Positions 1-13,328 of a stretch of 64,000 bases of DNA are shown here, one piece after another. Within the stretch, counting starts at the first letter, position 1; each line of letters opens with the position of its first letter. The notes beneath the pieces are model-generated. The model did not search any database, had not been told where the DNA came from, and worked only from the letters and a program-made list of their open reading frames with translations. This DNA comes from Tubulanus polymorphus (lineage: Eukaryota; Animalia; Nemertea), in assembly GCF_964204645.1 (NCBI RefSeq), contig NC_134029.1, forward strand, positions 15,060,950 to 15,124,949, read 5' to 3'. The position numbers were made by a program, and so were the translations under genes.

Positions 1-3000
1 AGTGATAATTTCCGTAGACATTTTAGCGGAGTAAAGCCGAGTGTGTTCAAGATGGCTCCCGTGTAGTTACATTAACATTCGATGGAATGTCGTTCGCTCA
101 AGCCGTAAGATGCGAATACATTACTGTTCCGTTTCTATATTAACTGTGGAGAAAAGACTCCGATATAGTAACCGTAGTACTATAGCGTCTATGAATAACG
201 AGCAAGTATCAGCTGAACATCAATGCGTTTTGCCGTACTATCGACGTTGCAGTACGCGCTTCGAGGAACTGCGGTGGATGACGTCATTCGTCCGTCCATG
301 ACGTACTTTGTTGTGTCTGGTAGCTGTTGCGTCACTTCGCGGTAAATTCTAAACTCAAACTGTGAACTGTTTTGTGCTTAACTTTCGACTGTTTAGTGTG
401 CGGGGACAGCGGTCTCGAATGAACTTTTTTCCGATTGGGTATCCAGAACTTTAAATACGATTTTATGATAAACTATATCACGAACTTAATGCGTTGTAGT
501 GTCGAACTCTTAAGAAATAGTTACTCGTTATAATGAATTGTTTACTAATGTTCTTTTTCAGGATTTGTTCTAGAGGTATCAGCGGGATATTCACGGGTTG
601 GTTTAAATTCAAAATCTCGGGACGAAATTTAAACTGGATAGGGAGTGTTGATCCACAGCTAGATTTTCGTAGTAACTGAAAAATGTTTCGTAGTATTTAG
701 AAATGTTCTTAATGTTGTTTCCGTATGCGTGGGGGTTACGTTAAAGCCGTCAGACAAGAACGTACTAGTAGTAAGAATTACGAAAGTTCTTGTTTGATGC
801 TTTCATCTACCAACGCAAACCATAAATCAGTCTATAAACAACAATTCTTTCTCGGTTCTTCTGCTGTGAGATCTGGCAAACATTCAGAAAATCTTTATAT
901 AAAACTTTTAAATAGTTGGAACCATATTTGGTTGGGTCGGAACAATGGAGTGTATTTATAATGAGGCTCGTGAAGGGATCACGCTGATACTTGATGATAT
1001 TCCCGGCTACTTTCCGTAAAAGGAAAAACCGGAAGTTTAGGAAGATGTGGTTGTTTTGCTTATCCTGTATTAAAATAGAATTAGTTAAATTGTAGATAAA
1101 ATAATTAGTATAAGTATTTCAAATAATTTAAGAATTGATAATCAATCACAATGTACTCCGAATCGTAGTTAATTATAATAATTAAAAAAGAAACAATGAA
1201 TTTGTACTGTAATTATAAAAGAAAACAAAGTTTTGAAAAGATATTTAATTTGAGTAATCTAGATGTTGTTTAAGAACAAATTGTTAATAACCGCTAATGT
1301 TTTAGAAAAATTAATTTGTGTTAAATGTTAAAACTAGCTGTCTGAAGTTTCTGTTGTCTGTATGCGCTCGTTGGTAATTCACAGACAATAGCTGCTCTCT
1401 CAACAACGACTAGCAAGGAGTGAGTAAATCACAACGCGTCATGACAGGAGGGTTGGAAGGAAAAAGTTAGTTTAGCAAATCAGTTTTGAAAATAATTTTA
1501 GATCAGCGAATCATTAAGGCCAAATTCTATATGACCAAAACAGTCATGACAGTAAGGTTGCTGCTCCTTGCCAAAAGTCGAGTGGGAGAGTCGGTATTTT
1601 AAGAATGCCGATTCTTTCTATAAAAGGGACCCGCATCTTGAGAGAGCAGTCAATCGGGAGAATCTGTATCTTAGTAAGACGAGTGTCGACAGCAGGACAG
1701 GAGAAGCTTCGGAACGATAGGGATTCATATAATAGGGATTAGGAAAATCATTCTCAGGTTCAAGGTAAATAAAATATATTATCTTCAATATTATCATCCG
1801 GTATTTCAGTTTATTCATTCGGATTTGTGCACGGACACGTTCTCTCGCCAGGGCCTTACTCAAGTATTTTAATAGATAACGATTAAAGAGAGGATTGTGA
1901 CCGGTGTATCAATATGCACTACGTAAATCTTTTATAGTTTGTTAAATTTGCTGGATGGTATTTCGCGAAAGAATGATTTATTAGTCTAGGTAAGCCACTC
2001 GGTTATCAGTGTAACGATAGTTGAAAGCGCTCACTGCCTGTATATACCTAACAAATAACTGTGGTGTTTATGTGGTTTTAAGAAATAAATGAGTATCGCG
2101 AGTTAGTATAGAATATGTTTATTGTGCAAAGGTTAGATTGGGCGCTCAGTGGTGAATCTTACCGGAGGGGGTTTGAATAGAGTAGTTTATATGAGATGAA
2201 TTAAGGTGGACCAGGGACCTGGATGAAGAGTAAGGGATGCTCTAGGATTGGTCCGGAATAAAACGGGGATTATAGCCCGAAGGATTAATTCTGAAGATCC
2301 TTTGAAACAGTATAATGTTTAGTGGCTAGCCTCTGGGAAAGATTGGATATATATGTTGGACATTATTAGGGTCGAATATCAAGAAATACCAAATGGGTGA
2401 TTCGTCGGCCGGTTCCCTATTTATCCATTGATTTTATTTTACTCCGGTAAGGCGTGACATGGGGGATGATACGGAAATGAGAAATGTCACGATACAGCTA
2501 TTTGTTAGGTATGCTGAAATGGCCATTCAGGGGATTGGTTTTTTAGAAGTAAAGGGTTGCTCATTGCGTAATACAATAAGTATGATAAGTATTATTCGGT
2601 AGATTGGGTATCTTAACTGAATGGTCGTAGATTGCGGGGATGTGTGAGCGCTATGTTTTTTTTCCGAACTTTCAGTCCGTCTTGACCGGTTTATATACAG
2701 GATGATGCGTCGGCCGTTTTACATGTGGGGTCATATCCCCTGATTTGCGGGAAGGAATTAGAACAATTCGAATATCAGATGTGGGTGGTTTGGAAGACCA
2801 TAGGCCCAGGAGTTAAAGTTTATTTTTGAGAATCGGCTGTTTGAATGGCACTGAATGAGTAGTGTCCAGAGGAATTTTCCCTAACTTTTGGGTGATGCAT
2901 CTTAATGAGTTTTGTGGTCACTTTATGACATCCTTCCATAAATATATGGTGGCCTGCCTGTCTATTTCAACGGTTCCAAGCCGCAAATAGCAGTTCATAT

Positions 3001-4615
3001 TATCCCTGCCTAGACTACGGATAAATGTGCTTTCTGAGGCAATGGGTGGGGACTAGCAGCTGACATCTCGGCGATTCGGATGTATCTGATCAGTATATCC
3101 ATTTTTGCATAAATTTCGGCTCATCTTTATAAAATGCACTTAGAATTATTATGAAATTATTCATTAATTGTTGAAGCTGTCTGTTGCCAACAGGTGCTGG
3201 GCACACGATAATCAACTAAATGATGTATCTGGCATCTGTATTAATTTACGTCGTTGATTGGGGTCGGGACAGGTTTGACAAATCATCTGATATCGGTTAA
3301 GGTAACGGCTGATAGTTTGGACAGTGGGAAATTGACATGTTTGCAATGGTAATTTTAAAGACAAATTAGGCTGCACACACTGATTATTTTTTTTTGGTAA
3401 AGATAACGAGAACGAGAAGAGTCAGAAAGTTGAAGTGGTTGGTCATATATTGTTAAATTATTAGACTATATAAATGTGGATATAGAGAAATGGGTGATTG
3501 TCTATGAAAGCTATTTGGGAAGTTGTGTTTGATATGTTTTTTTTTTGCATGACTACAATTGTATAGGCTTGTTCTCATTAAATGTAAGATCAATATACAG
3601 ATGTACATGTCTCATAATTGTTATATATTACTGATGAAAAGAGTCTCATATTTGATATTTTTAGATGATTGCTTTCCCTTAGATAAAGTTCGTGTGTTAA
3701 GTTTATAAGTATTTAGAAATTTTTTTTTGGCTTACCGTAAAATTCTATGGGGTCCATGTAGGTCTCGTTGATGAATAAGATGAACTGATGATGAGTGGGG
3801 TGTGTTGCTTAGTTTAGGTAGAAGTTATGCGGGATGGGATAATAGGGGAAAGGGTCAGAAATTGTGATTTATGGCTACTTTACAGGTGTTGTAAAATGAT
3901 GTACGGAATGGTGGTTGTGTATCATTAGTCTTGATGTTCTGAAGGTTTTGTGTAATTTTCATTACCCTGCGGCTGGCTTTAAGTTGTAAGAGATGTTGCT
4001 TATAAATGATGTTCTGAAGCCTGTGCACTTTTGAAAAGATTTTTTTTGTGGGGAAACTACAATAGGGTCTTGTGACTTTTTGGCGATTGGGGACCAATCG
4101 TCTGGGGAGGAGGATAGTATTGGGGTGATAAATTAGTAGTTTGCATAGAGGGAGGGAAGCCAGAGTTCAGGGCAGTGGCTGAAGTTAGTAAACAACCTAC
4201 GTAGATGCTTACGTCGCACACAAGACACTGAATAGAAGATAGGTGAAAGTGACGTGAGTATCTGCGTAGGGTTGCTGGTTATAGCGGCAGCCTTGAGCTC
4301 TGGTATGGCTAGGAAGTAAACAAGTAATAAACTCGTGACGTATAACATATGTAGAAGTATACGTCACGAGTAACATGAAATAAGATAAAAAGGGAGGGTC
4401 AGCACAGTAAGGGAGAGAGAGATGCTAGAGTGGCGGAGAAGCCTAAAAATACGAGCTGTAGGAAGAAATAAGAATTGTGCGGGAAAATAAAGAAAGAACG
4501 TAGACCCACGAGAAGAGTTGTTATTATTCCGGAGTCAGAGGGATATCACTTATCGGATTTAATCGGAACCAACAACGACAACACGAGGGGAGAACGCAAC
4601 GTGGCCCCCACAACA
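1..4615. mobile_element. Highly decayed putative LTR retroelement remnant; candidate + strand 3' LTR at ~4114-4615
   Basis: Purine run GGGGAGGAGGA (~4103-4113, PPT-like). Downstream segment has AATAAA (~4486) and ends in ...CCCCCACAACA. Upstream sequence looks like eroded coding DNA with no recognisable domain. Confidence 0.3.
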
Positions 4616-4939
4616 ATTGGTTGAGAAACTCAACCCCACAACATTGTTGGAGAACCGAAGGCAACTCCACAACAATATCACGAAATGTGAGATAGATATT
4701 GTTCCTGTATATGTCTAGTTGAGAACGCGATCTGATGATTCACTCGTCACTGTTAAACGGTTTGATATATGTGTCTATTTATACTATTCTATTACACAAT
4801 ATATGGATTGTTCTAGAACAATCCATATGACTCACTAGCAACGTTATTTCATCATTATTTTTGTAATACCAGCTGTTACACGAGGAGTCGCGCAATCTAA
4901 TAAACGTTTCTATTCACTAAAAAAAATCAATAATAAAGG

Positions 4940-5400
4940 CAACATATCTTACTCACGCTTTACTAACACTTTTAATGTTTAAAAATCTAACTCATACAAA
5001 TACAAATATTGAAATATGTTTAAAATATATCTATATATCTATTCTATAAGAATATTAAATCAATTTTTATGATTTCAGGTTTATTTTCCTTTTCGATTTA
5101 CAGTTTGAAACAGTTGTTAGAATTCTATGATAGCTGTAAAATTAGATACACAGAAATAAAAGAAAATATAAATTATATTTCAGATAGATTGAATAATATT
5201 AAGTGTTGTGAAATATGCAATAAAAGATATAAAAATGAAAAATCATTAAGAAATAATAGATATATTCATGAATTAGATGAGAAATTATATGAATCAAAAT
5301 AAGAAATCGACTGTTAAATTGGGTTGAAAATATAAAATATATTCGCTGAAATGTATGAAAATGAGTAAATCATATTTATGTTAAAAAAGGGGGTTGAGGT
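4940..5400. mobile_element. Small Polinton-derived fragment with a degenerate C2H2 zinc-finger ORF (5069-5302 +)
   Basis: ~4950-5000 is the reverse complement of Polinton copy 2 at ~51435-51490 (CTTTACTAACACTTTTAATGTTTAAAAATCTAACTCATACAAA). ORF contains CEICNKRYKNEKSL..H; very AT-rich. Confidence 0.55.
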
Positions 5401-5621
5401 AATGTATCAAATACGTATTAAATACGTATTAATGTATTAAATACATATTATGCTTTATTTCTGAAATTGAAGTCACAGAAGTAATTTATTTTTTGATTTA
5501 TTCATATATGATATTGTAATTCTTTACATTTGACAAGGGTAATAGAAGTTGATACTAAGTTAGTTGGTTTATTGTTTTTCTAATATTATTTCAGTCAAAT
5601 GTAAAGTAATTTAATATTAAT

Positions 5622-5720
5622 AAGAAATATTAGAAAAACATAAGAAAAACAATACAATTGAATAAGCAACACTAACTTATTCAATTGTACTGTTTTTCTT
5701 ATGTTTTGCTAATATTTCTT
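5622..5720. repeat. Inverted repeat/hairpin with ~45-bp arms
   Basis: AAGAAATATTAGAAAAACATAAGAAAAACAATACAATTGAATAAG ... CTTATTCAATTGTACTGTTTTTCTTATGTTTTGCTAATATTTCTT. Confidence 0.75.
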
Positions 5721-5738
5721 GCATCTATCACTTTATTA

Positions 5739-5785
5739 TGCGTGTGTGTGTGTGTGTGTGCGTGCGTGCGTGCGTGTGTGCGTGA
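5739..5785. repeat. (GT)n/(GCGT)n microsatellite
   Basis: Directly visible. Confidence 0.95.
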
Positions 5786-6649
5786 GTAATTTTGCAAATT
5801 TATTTTTCGATTCGAAATGTCTTATCTTTGTCTGTGGTCTCTCATAAGCACATCAATAGTTCCAGCTTTGGCATGCATAGTCAAAGGGGGGGGTTCAACT
5901 AATTAGACAGTTATTCTCATTGACGGAACTATTGAAATTTTTAGATGCTCCCTTAGGAAGTTGCCCTCTTCACGGAAAAAGTGCTCTTTTTCTTGAACTA
6001 CCGCTCAAGAGAGCTGGCCAGATCTCTTGCACCTCAACTTTCGTCTCATCAAGCGCTTAAAATCCTATGGTCGCAACCATTCGTATTTCGTATCAAATGA
6101 CCTTCTGTGCTTCCCTCTTTTTTATATATGTGATTAAATTTTTGTAAAATATTCAATCCAAACAATTCAAAGAGGATATTTTCCACAACGGATACATTAA
6201 GTCGTTAATTACCATTACGAATATTTATCTATCTTCTTTGTTATCTTTTAGAGAAATACACCGGAATCCATCATGATGCTTCTGAATCTAGCAAGAATTC
6301 TGTTTGTTTTGGACCTGCAGAATCAATCTTACTCAGTTGTCGCATACCCGAGAAAACCCGATATCGTTTCTTTCTTTCGTGCCCAAAAATCTTTTGTGCG
6401 TTTCTGATATTGGTGTACAAAACTACTTATACTACCAGGCCGACCACCATCGTCGTCAGGCCCCGAGGCTTTTCTCTCACTGAGATCTTCGAGTTATCGT
6501 AGTCACTACATTCAAACCGCGTTACAACCAAGTTATGTGGGCTTAATAAAAACTTTGTTGTATCCGATACTTCGTTATAGAGGTTGAAGAAAAAAATACA
6601 TCGTAGCTTCTTAACTAAAATGCTTAGTCAAAACGAGTGTTTCCATAAC

Positions 6650-8000
6650 TCAAAACAGTTCTGCAGAGGTACCGTGACTTTTATGCGGGACCATTCAAAA
6701 GATCTCGTGCAACGTAGATATCACTGAACACGCTAAGAAACGACCAACACAGCTTAAGTTGAATAAACCAAAAGGAAACTAATTTAGACTAACAAATCAC
6801 TTCAGTCTTTTATCTATTCGATCAGCCGCTCCGAGCCTTCAAATTAACATTCTGCATACATCCACTTTTTCGTTCATTTGTCAACTTCTTTTGAGCATTT
6901 TGACTGCAGTGGCCAAATCAATCTGCATGGGTTTGTGAGGCGCCGTTGAAAAAGATATGAACGGATAAGGTGTATGCTATGTATTGTTACTACGTTTTCA
7001 GCGGTTCAGTATATAAACAACGCTTGGTACTATTAAACACGGGCTCGATTGATCAATATATTCTGCTGCGGCCTCGTGGAATTAGGTTGTAACCCATGAA
7101 AATTGCTCTTGGGACAAAAATTTTACTTCGTCCGATATTTCGTTGTAGACGATTTTGACTGTAGCAATCAGCATTTGGCAGTTTTGCTCTCTCTCGACCC
7201 AAGACCAAATATCGTGTTCAACTCCAGAGAACGGTTCTCCAATTTGTTCTTCAAAAACAGACCCTTGTTTCTGTGCCGACAGTCTCTTAGCTCCTGTGCT
7301 AGAAATTTCATATTCAGTGACACGATCTTCCTACGGACCATTTAATGCACTTTGTATTGAATCGTCGGCCATTTATCAACGTTGAAAAAGAAAATCTATA
7401 CCATACTGATTGACGAAACAACATGATCCTGAGTCATCTGAAATATTCAAACCCATATTTTTAGCAACTGAAAGAGATTTTTTCGAGATGTCTCATAAAA
7501 TTCCTTTGCAGCAACGATATTCCATTTACGTCTGAACGTCGATATGTTGGCTCCGGAAACACGTAATCACCGTTGTATTAAACTTTATGTACACATAATG
7601 AGGAATGAAGACGATATTTGTAAATATTCAAAAGAATTTCAATGGGGCTTTGTGTCGAAAGTACAAAACCCTAATTCTACAGAATTTCCATTATCCTCTT
7701 CCCCACAAATACGTGCGTATGTAACCGGTGTTTGCCTTGCCCTATTTTATGTATTCCATCAATACGGGTTGTCGAGCTATCCGGGAAAATCATAATACGA
7801 TTATTAGATACAGCGCCACCGTCTGATTTCCGGGAAAATCATAATACGATTATTAGATACAGCGCCACCGTCTGATTTCTGTTTCCATTCAAAGGTGACC
7901 TTATTTCTTTGTCTAGTTCGGGTTATATTTGCTGGATATTGACAAGGCATTTCCGATATTTAGATATTAAGAATATCGGATTATCGACTGCAATGTCCAT
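6650..8000 (-). pseudogene. Decayed env-like ORF (possible class III fusion glycoprotein) downstream of Gypsy integrase
   Basis: Minus-strand Cys-bearing fragments PCQYPANIT..., SGSCCFVNQYGIDF, LAQELRDCRHRNKGLFLKNKLENRSLELNTIFG and RCLYTEPL, then a hydrophobic stretch near 6750-6800. Lies 3' of integrase; many stops and frameshifts. Confidence 0.4.
7780..7879. repeat. Perfect 49-bp tandem duplication
   Basis: CCGGGAAAATCATAATACGATTATTAGATACAGCGCCACCGTCTGATTT at 7781 and 7830. Confidence 0.95.
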
Positions 8001-8363
8001 ATTAACCACATTTTTTTCCTAATCGGAAATTTTTTAAAGGTTTACATTCATTAAATGACCCTTGTTCCGTTGGAAGGTAAAATAATTCAATTGCACACAC
8101 TAAATTTGAATTATTAAAAGATAAACAGCATTTTTATGTGTATAAAACTGGATTAATGTGGAAAATCTAGCTAAACGTTTGCTATCTTTATCTTAAAAGA
8201 ACGATGGATCAACTTAAAACGTATGCCGTTATTTTTGTGGCATGTCAATGTTTATATTCAACAGCCAATGTCTTAAGCGGGTGAGTACAAAAGCTTATTG
8301 TTCTTCGTTACATTTGATTAATACGGAATCATCGTCTACCATTTATTTCACATCCTCCTAACG

Positions 8364-9250
8364 TTATAATTTCATACGGACTTGTAAATCTAAGCAATTT
8401 TTTGACTTTCCTTTCTTAGTGTGTTTACGCGACAACCAAACTTTCTGACCGACTTGGTAATCTGCTGTCGAGGCATGATTATCATGGAGTTCGTTGGTAC
8501 ATACCGGTAACTGGTGCTTTACAGTTTGCCGAGTAGCGATTTCTTTGACCACCCTCAAATGCCTTCGTTTGCGTGAAACGTGTTCCTGTACAGTTTTAGC
8601 AAAATCCTCTTTTGGAATTAGAAATGTATCAATAGGTAGTGACATATCCGTTCCGAATAAGAGAAGAAATGGAGAAAAGCCAGTCGTGTGAGACGATGAG
8701 GAGGCGCGTAAAGCCACGAAGACACTGGGTAGTATATCGGGCCATTCAATCTGTTCCTTGCTAATATAGGAACGAAAAATTTGGGCAATTGACCTATTAG
8801 TGCGCTCACAGAATGCATTTGTAGAATGCATTTGTATGGGGGTGGTAGGCAGGTGTGTAGTATCTTTTTACCTGAAACATTTCACAGATAGATAAGACCA
8901 GTTTAGCGAGAAAACACTTTCCAAGATCTGAAACAAGCGACCTCAGAGCACCGTATCGGGCAAAAATTTCATTATATAAAACCTTTGCCATTTTCGACGC
9001 CTCTTGCGATTTTAATGCAAAGGCCAAAAGTCAAAATGCCAACGCCCGAATGTGTCCTCAATGGGCAGACTTGTCAGGCAAGGGGGTTTCGCATGTGGAT
9101 TAACCTTCAATTGCTGACAAGACACGTAAGACTTCACATATTGGACCTTCCCGATACATATTCCGCCGAAAATATTTGGCATGGATAGCGTCATACGTTT
9201 TTGGATACCCGCGCGGCCTGCCCCAGCACGATCATGATAAGCTACCAAGT
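8364..9250 (-). pseudogene. pol: Gypsy/Ty3 integrase (element 1), frameshifted
   Basis: ORFs 9012-9248, 8806-9027 and 8364-8831: YH..AG...SCQ (Zn finger), FGRWHFDF, LVSDLG, PAYHPHTNAFCERTNRSI, TGFSPFLLLFG, YQVGQKVWL. Confidence 0.9.
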
Positions 9251-12249
9251 AACTTGAATATCGATGAACAGAACTAGTAACGGATTGACTAGCATCCTTA
9301 TTATTAGCAATAGCATTCCGAAGATCAGTTGGTGATAGTTAGTAGTAGGTATTTCCCTCTCTTGAAGATCTGCTGGTGACTGACTGGAAATAGCTTTGTG
9401 ACATAATCGTATGGTATAATAATAGTAACATGTAACATCCGACTTCAGACGAGTGTCTAAGCAATGACACGACACAAATACAGTTACCAATGTCAACCAA
9501 CAGGAAAAAACTGATCATCATCCAAAAAAGTGGTCAGTAGTAGTAGATATAGAATAACCATAGCAACTGAGTGAATATAACACCACCAGCATAATTTAAC
9601 TGTATCAACATATATCAATATATGTCTCAATTAATTCACGTTATATTATACTATGGATAAAATCATACCGTACTGTACACTCATCTCATATATGTTTCGG
9701 ACTAGATATAAAAATAGATTATTTGCACGTAGCTAATTGTTCTTCGTGAAATATCGCCTGCACTTTATTTCGTTGACAAGTACTGATCGTATCATATGTA
9801 CTATACACATTAACCATTGTCGTGTTCCGATCTCCGAACTGTTCAGGAAAAGTGAAACCAATGAATAAAAAAAAACTAAGTAAAACAGCTGATTCAAATC
9901 TTGAAGGAACAGTAACGCGAACACGTATATGAAGTGAATATATACGTACGATTAATGGGCATTCAATTCATCGCTGATATCCATATCATGTCCTGACTTG
10001 AGAAAACCTACTGTAACTATTCAGTTTCGAGGAAATTGATTTTAAACGAGAAGCGTACTGATTCTGTGTGCAAGAGGTGTTGCATGCCAAGGCAGCCATG
10101 AAGGGAAGCCAAAATGCCCAAATGAAACATAGTATTCTAAAGCTCCGTGGTCGTTGAAGCGTGTTGATATGGCACTAACGGCCGCAGGTATAATTTTTTT
10201 GAGCACAGTTTCGGTGGGAGGCCTTTCATTTTCCAAGACGACATGATATATTCCTCATACATGTTCAAGACTTTCTCCGTAATCACTTCACACCAATCTC
10301 GTTTTGATGCCCGGTACCATGGACTGTCACGATACTATTTGACGGATAGCACATTATTTTTAGAACTTGGTAGCAACAACCGTTTTCCCGTAGGGCGTGG
10401 ACATAATGCTCGACGATTACCCGTCCGAACAGCCTCTTCGATAGCAACATCACTTGAACCTGAACTAGTCTTAACATTTCCTCAATTGTATGATCATGGT
10501 GAGTTTTCGATCGAGTGGAACGATGTACACTATTTAAATTCTCAGTATGTAATGAGCCTTCATTAGATATCTGATTATCAAATTCCTGTAAGTGATCATT
10601 AGTTACATTTACACTCTGTATGACGGTTTCATTTAATTTTCTCCAAGGTTTTTCGCGTATCTCTACTTGACCAACCCGACTTCTATCTCCATTCGTGATT
10701 AAATCATTTATTGCGTCATTCTCATTCTTATCATTTCTATCTTTTCGATTTCCCAGATTGTATCTGTAATACGATCAAAAAACCTGCTTTTGCACATACG
10801 TTTCTTACGTTTTTTGCCTGATGCTGCATAATTTTCGTGAAAGTGTCGTATGAGTTTATTTGGGATCCATTTTCCTAACTCCCAATAATTTTCACGATTT
10901 AAATCTGACACCCATTTTACGCAATATTTACATTAACCGTTTTCTAGCTTATACTGTAAAATCTTCTGAATATCTGATTCATTGAAAGGTTCAGTAACCA
11001 CAGGTCTATCTTTGTTAATGTATGCCGAAATTTGAGTGTCAGTTGGAGTGTCAGATAGATTGCCAGCTTTATATTTTAAGCGCCCATGAATCTCTTCGAA
11101 TAGAATAATTCAGGGTTTGCTCGGCTGTTGAACCATCCCATGCGACCTCTTCATAATTCGGACGCGATTGGGCATCTTTATATAGCTTCAAACGATTTCA
11201 ATTGACATGCGATGGAATTAAAAAGGTTTTCAGAGATTCTTCATAATTGGTAAACCTCTTTGGTAGCTATTGACTGAATAAAATAGGGACATACGTATTT
11301 TTACACAGTTTTGGCGATTTTCCTTTCTTGACTTTCTTGACTTTTAGCCAAACGCGATCAGTAATCTGAAAATTAGGTTTGGATGCCTTTTTATCGAACA
11401 GAGTTTTAAACTTATTTTGAGCTCTTTTAATATTCTCGTTAGCGATGTTTCGCGATATGACAAGCTGCCTTAATACATGTGATAAGTTTGCCTTATGATC
11501 AGTAGTAGCTAACAAATGGCGTGGAATTAAAGCCGTGTCTATTGGTAGACGCATTTCTTGACCAAATAACATGTGGTATGGGCTTAAACCTGAACCTTCA
11601 GTTGAGGGAACATGCCTATAACTCATCATTACATTTGGTATTAGTGTATCCCAATAAGTCTGGTTCTGGTAACAGTACGACCTAAGCGATCGCCAAATGT
11701 ACTGGTTAGTTCTCTCGCAAACTGAGTTTGATTGATGGTACGGAGCGGTGAAACGTTGTTTCACGTGAAACAATTCACAGAGAGCTCCAACTAACTTAGA
11801 CATAAATGTTTTAACTCGATCAGAGACTGAAGAATGAGGCGCACCATACCGCGAAATATCTCTTTAGAGAGAAACTTTGCTACCTCTGTTGTTTCCTGAG
11901 TTTTGAGAGGAAAATCGGGCCATATACTCCAGCTATCTACGACGAGTAGGATATGCTTATTACCATCAGGAGTCTCCGGAAGATTGCAAAGGAAGTTACT
12001 GTGCCATCTGGAGAATAAGCCTTCAATTGGTAATGGATGTAAGGGTGTTGGATGACTATGATAATTCCGTTTGACCTGTTGGCAATTCTCACAGGTAGAA
12101 ACATATTTCCCGCAATCTTCGTACATGGAATTCCAATAAGGATCTAGGAACACGATTGATAGAACACTATATCCGTGTTGACGCGATGTAGAGAGAATGC
12201 TACAATTATAACGAAAAGGTCCAAAAATGTAACTTCGAGATAGTAGTTT

Positions 12250-12298
12250 ATTTTAACGTTTCGATTATATCCTAATAGTCATCTTCAGGAATAATGAG
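12250..12298 (-). ncRNA. Second (inverted) hammerhead ribozyme copy
   Basis: Reverse complement reads CCTGAAGATGACTATTAGGATATAATCGAAACGTTAAAATAA. Confidence 0.75.
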
Positions 12299-12313
12299 AT
12301 ACTACAAAAATTA

Positions 12314-12315
<2 letters not shown>

Positions 12316-12347
<32 letters not shown>

Positions 12348-12372
12348 ATATATATATATATATATATATATA
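12316..12372. repeat. (TA)n microsatellite expanded in the inverted pLTR copy
   Basis: Directly visible; only a few units in the sister copy at ~12984. Confidence 0.95.
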
Positions 12373-12437
12373 CAATCCAGAGACAAAGAGACTAATTCAA
12401 GTAATCAGAGATGATACAAACTAAAGGAAAATTAACG

Positions 12438-12711
12438 TAGAAACAGGTCGGAAGCTTAACCAACGCTTAAAAGAGCACAAGTTAGAAAGCTAGTTAGAGT
12501 TGCTAGTCATGTATTTCAGACCTCACACAATTTTGATTTTGCTAATGCTGAATTAATTTACCCTTGCAGCGATAAAACTAAAAGCCATATTTTGGAATCT
12601 GCATTAATAATTGAAAATTCGAACAACGTTGTAAATCTTAACAATGGTTTTTCACCCCATAATAAACTTATCTCAAAATTCCTCTGTAAACTGGTTAAAC
12701 TCAACACTTGA
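12438..12711 (+). pseudogene. Penelope GIY-YIG endonuclease C-terminal fragment
   Basis: ETGRKLNQRLKEHK...VASHVFQTSHNFDFANAELI...ILESALII..NNVVNLNNG. Confidence 0.85.
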
Positions 12712-13011
12712 TTTCCCCTTTGATCCTTTGTTATTTGTCACTCATCAATTTTAGTCTCTCTACTTGTATTCACCATTGTTTTAATATAAGTGCCCCCTAG
12801 TTTGTCTCTTTACTACTGATTTTAGTTTCAATTTATATTTATACTCACTATTGTTGTTTATAATTACCCTTTGGTTTGCTTCCCTTTAATAATCTATTTT
12901 AGCGTGTAACTGTTTCTACGTTAATTTTCCTTTAGTTTGTATCATCTCTGATTACTTGAATTCGTCTCTTTGTTTCTGGATTGTATATATATCTCATAAT
13001 TTTTGTAGTAT

Positions 13012-13062
13012 CTCATTATTCCTGAAGATGACTATTAGGATATAGTCGAAACGTTGAAATAA
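13012..13062 (+). ncRNA. Minimal type I hammerhead ribozyme of the Penelope pLTR
   Basis: CTGAAGA (13022-13028), stem II GACTAT/ATAGTC, GAAA (13048-13051), palindromic ACGT; flanking TTATTC/GAAATAA as stem I. Confidence 0.8.
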
Positions 13063-13328
13063 ACTACTATCTCGAAGTTACATTTTCGGACTTTTTCGTT
13101 ATAATTGTGGGATTCTCTCTACAAGGATCTAGGAACTTCAAGAACTGGGATGACCTTCTCGGCTTTATGAATACCAATAACTCGTATACAAATAATATAA
13201 CGTGCCATCGATTATACCATATTGGTCGGCCCTCCAACTGAGCTTTTGAAACAGTTTTTCATTGTTGACAGCATATGATGGATCTTACTAATGTTCCAAC
13301 ATGTGACATACATCAGTGCAATTCATCT

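Larger units (their letters stand above)
12152..13122 (+). mobile_element. 5'-truncated Penelope-like element with inverted pLTR copy
   Basis: 14-bp TSD AAGGATCTAGGAAC at 12138-12151 and 13123-13136. 12188-12446 is the reverse complement of ~12905-13122. GIY-YIG C-terminal half lies between them. Confidence 0.9.
10040..13260 (-). pseudogene. pol: Gypsy integrase with C-terminal chromodomain (element 2), interrupted by Penelope
   Basis: YWNSMYEDCGKYVSTCENCQ, FSRWH, LLVVDS, APYHQSNSVCERTN, GLSPYHMLFG, FQITDRVWL. Chromodomain IQKILQYKLENG*CKYCVKWVSDLNRENYWE..IPNKLIRHFH at ~10840-10975. Confidence 0.9.
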
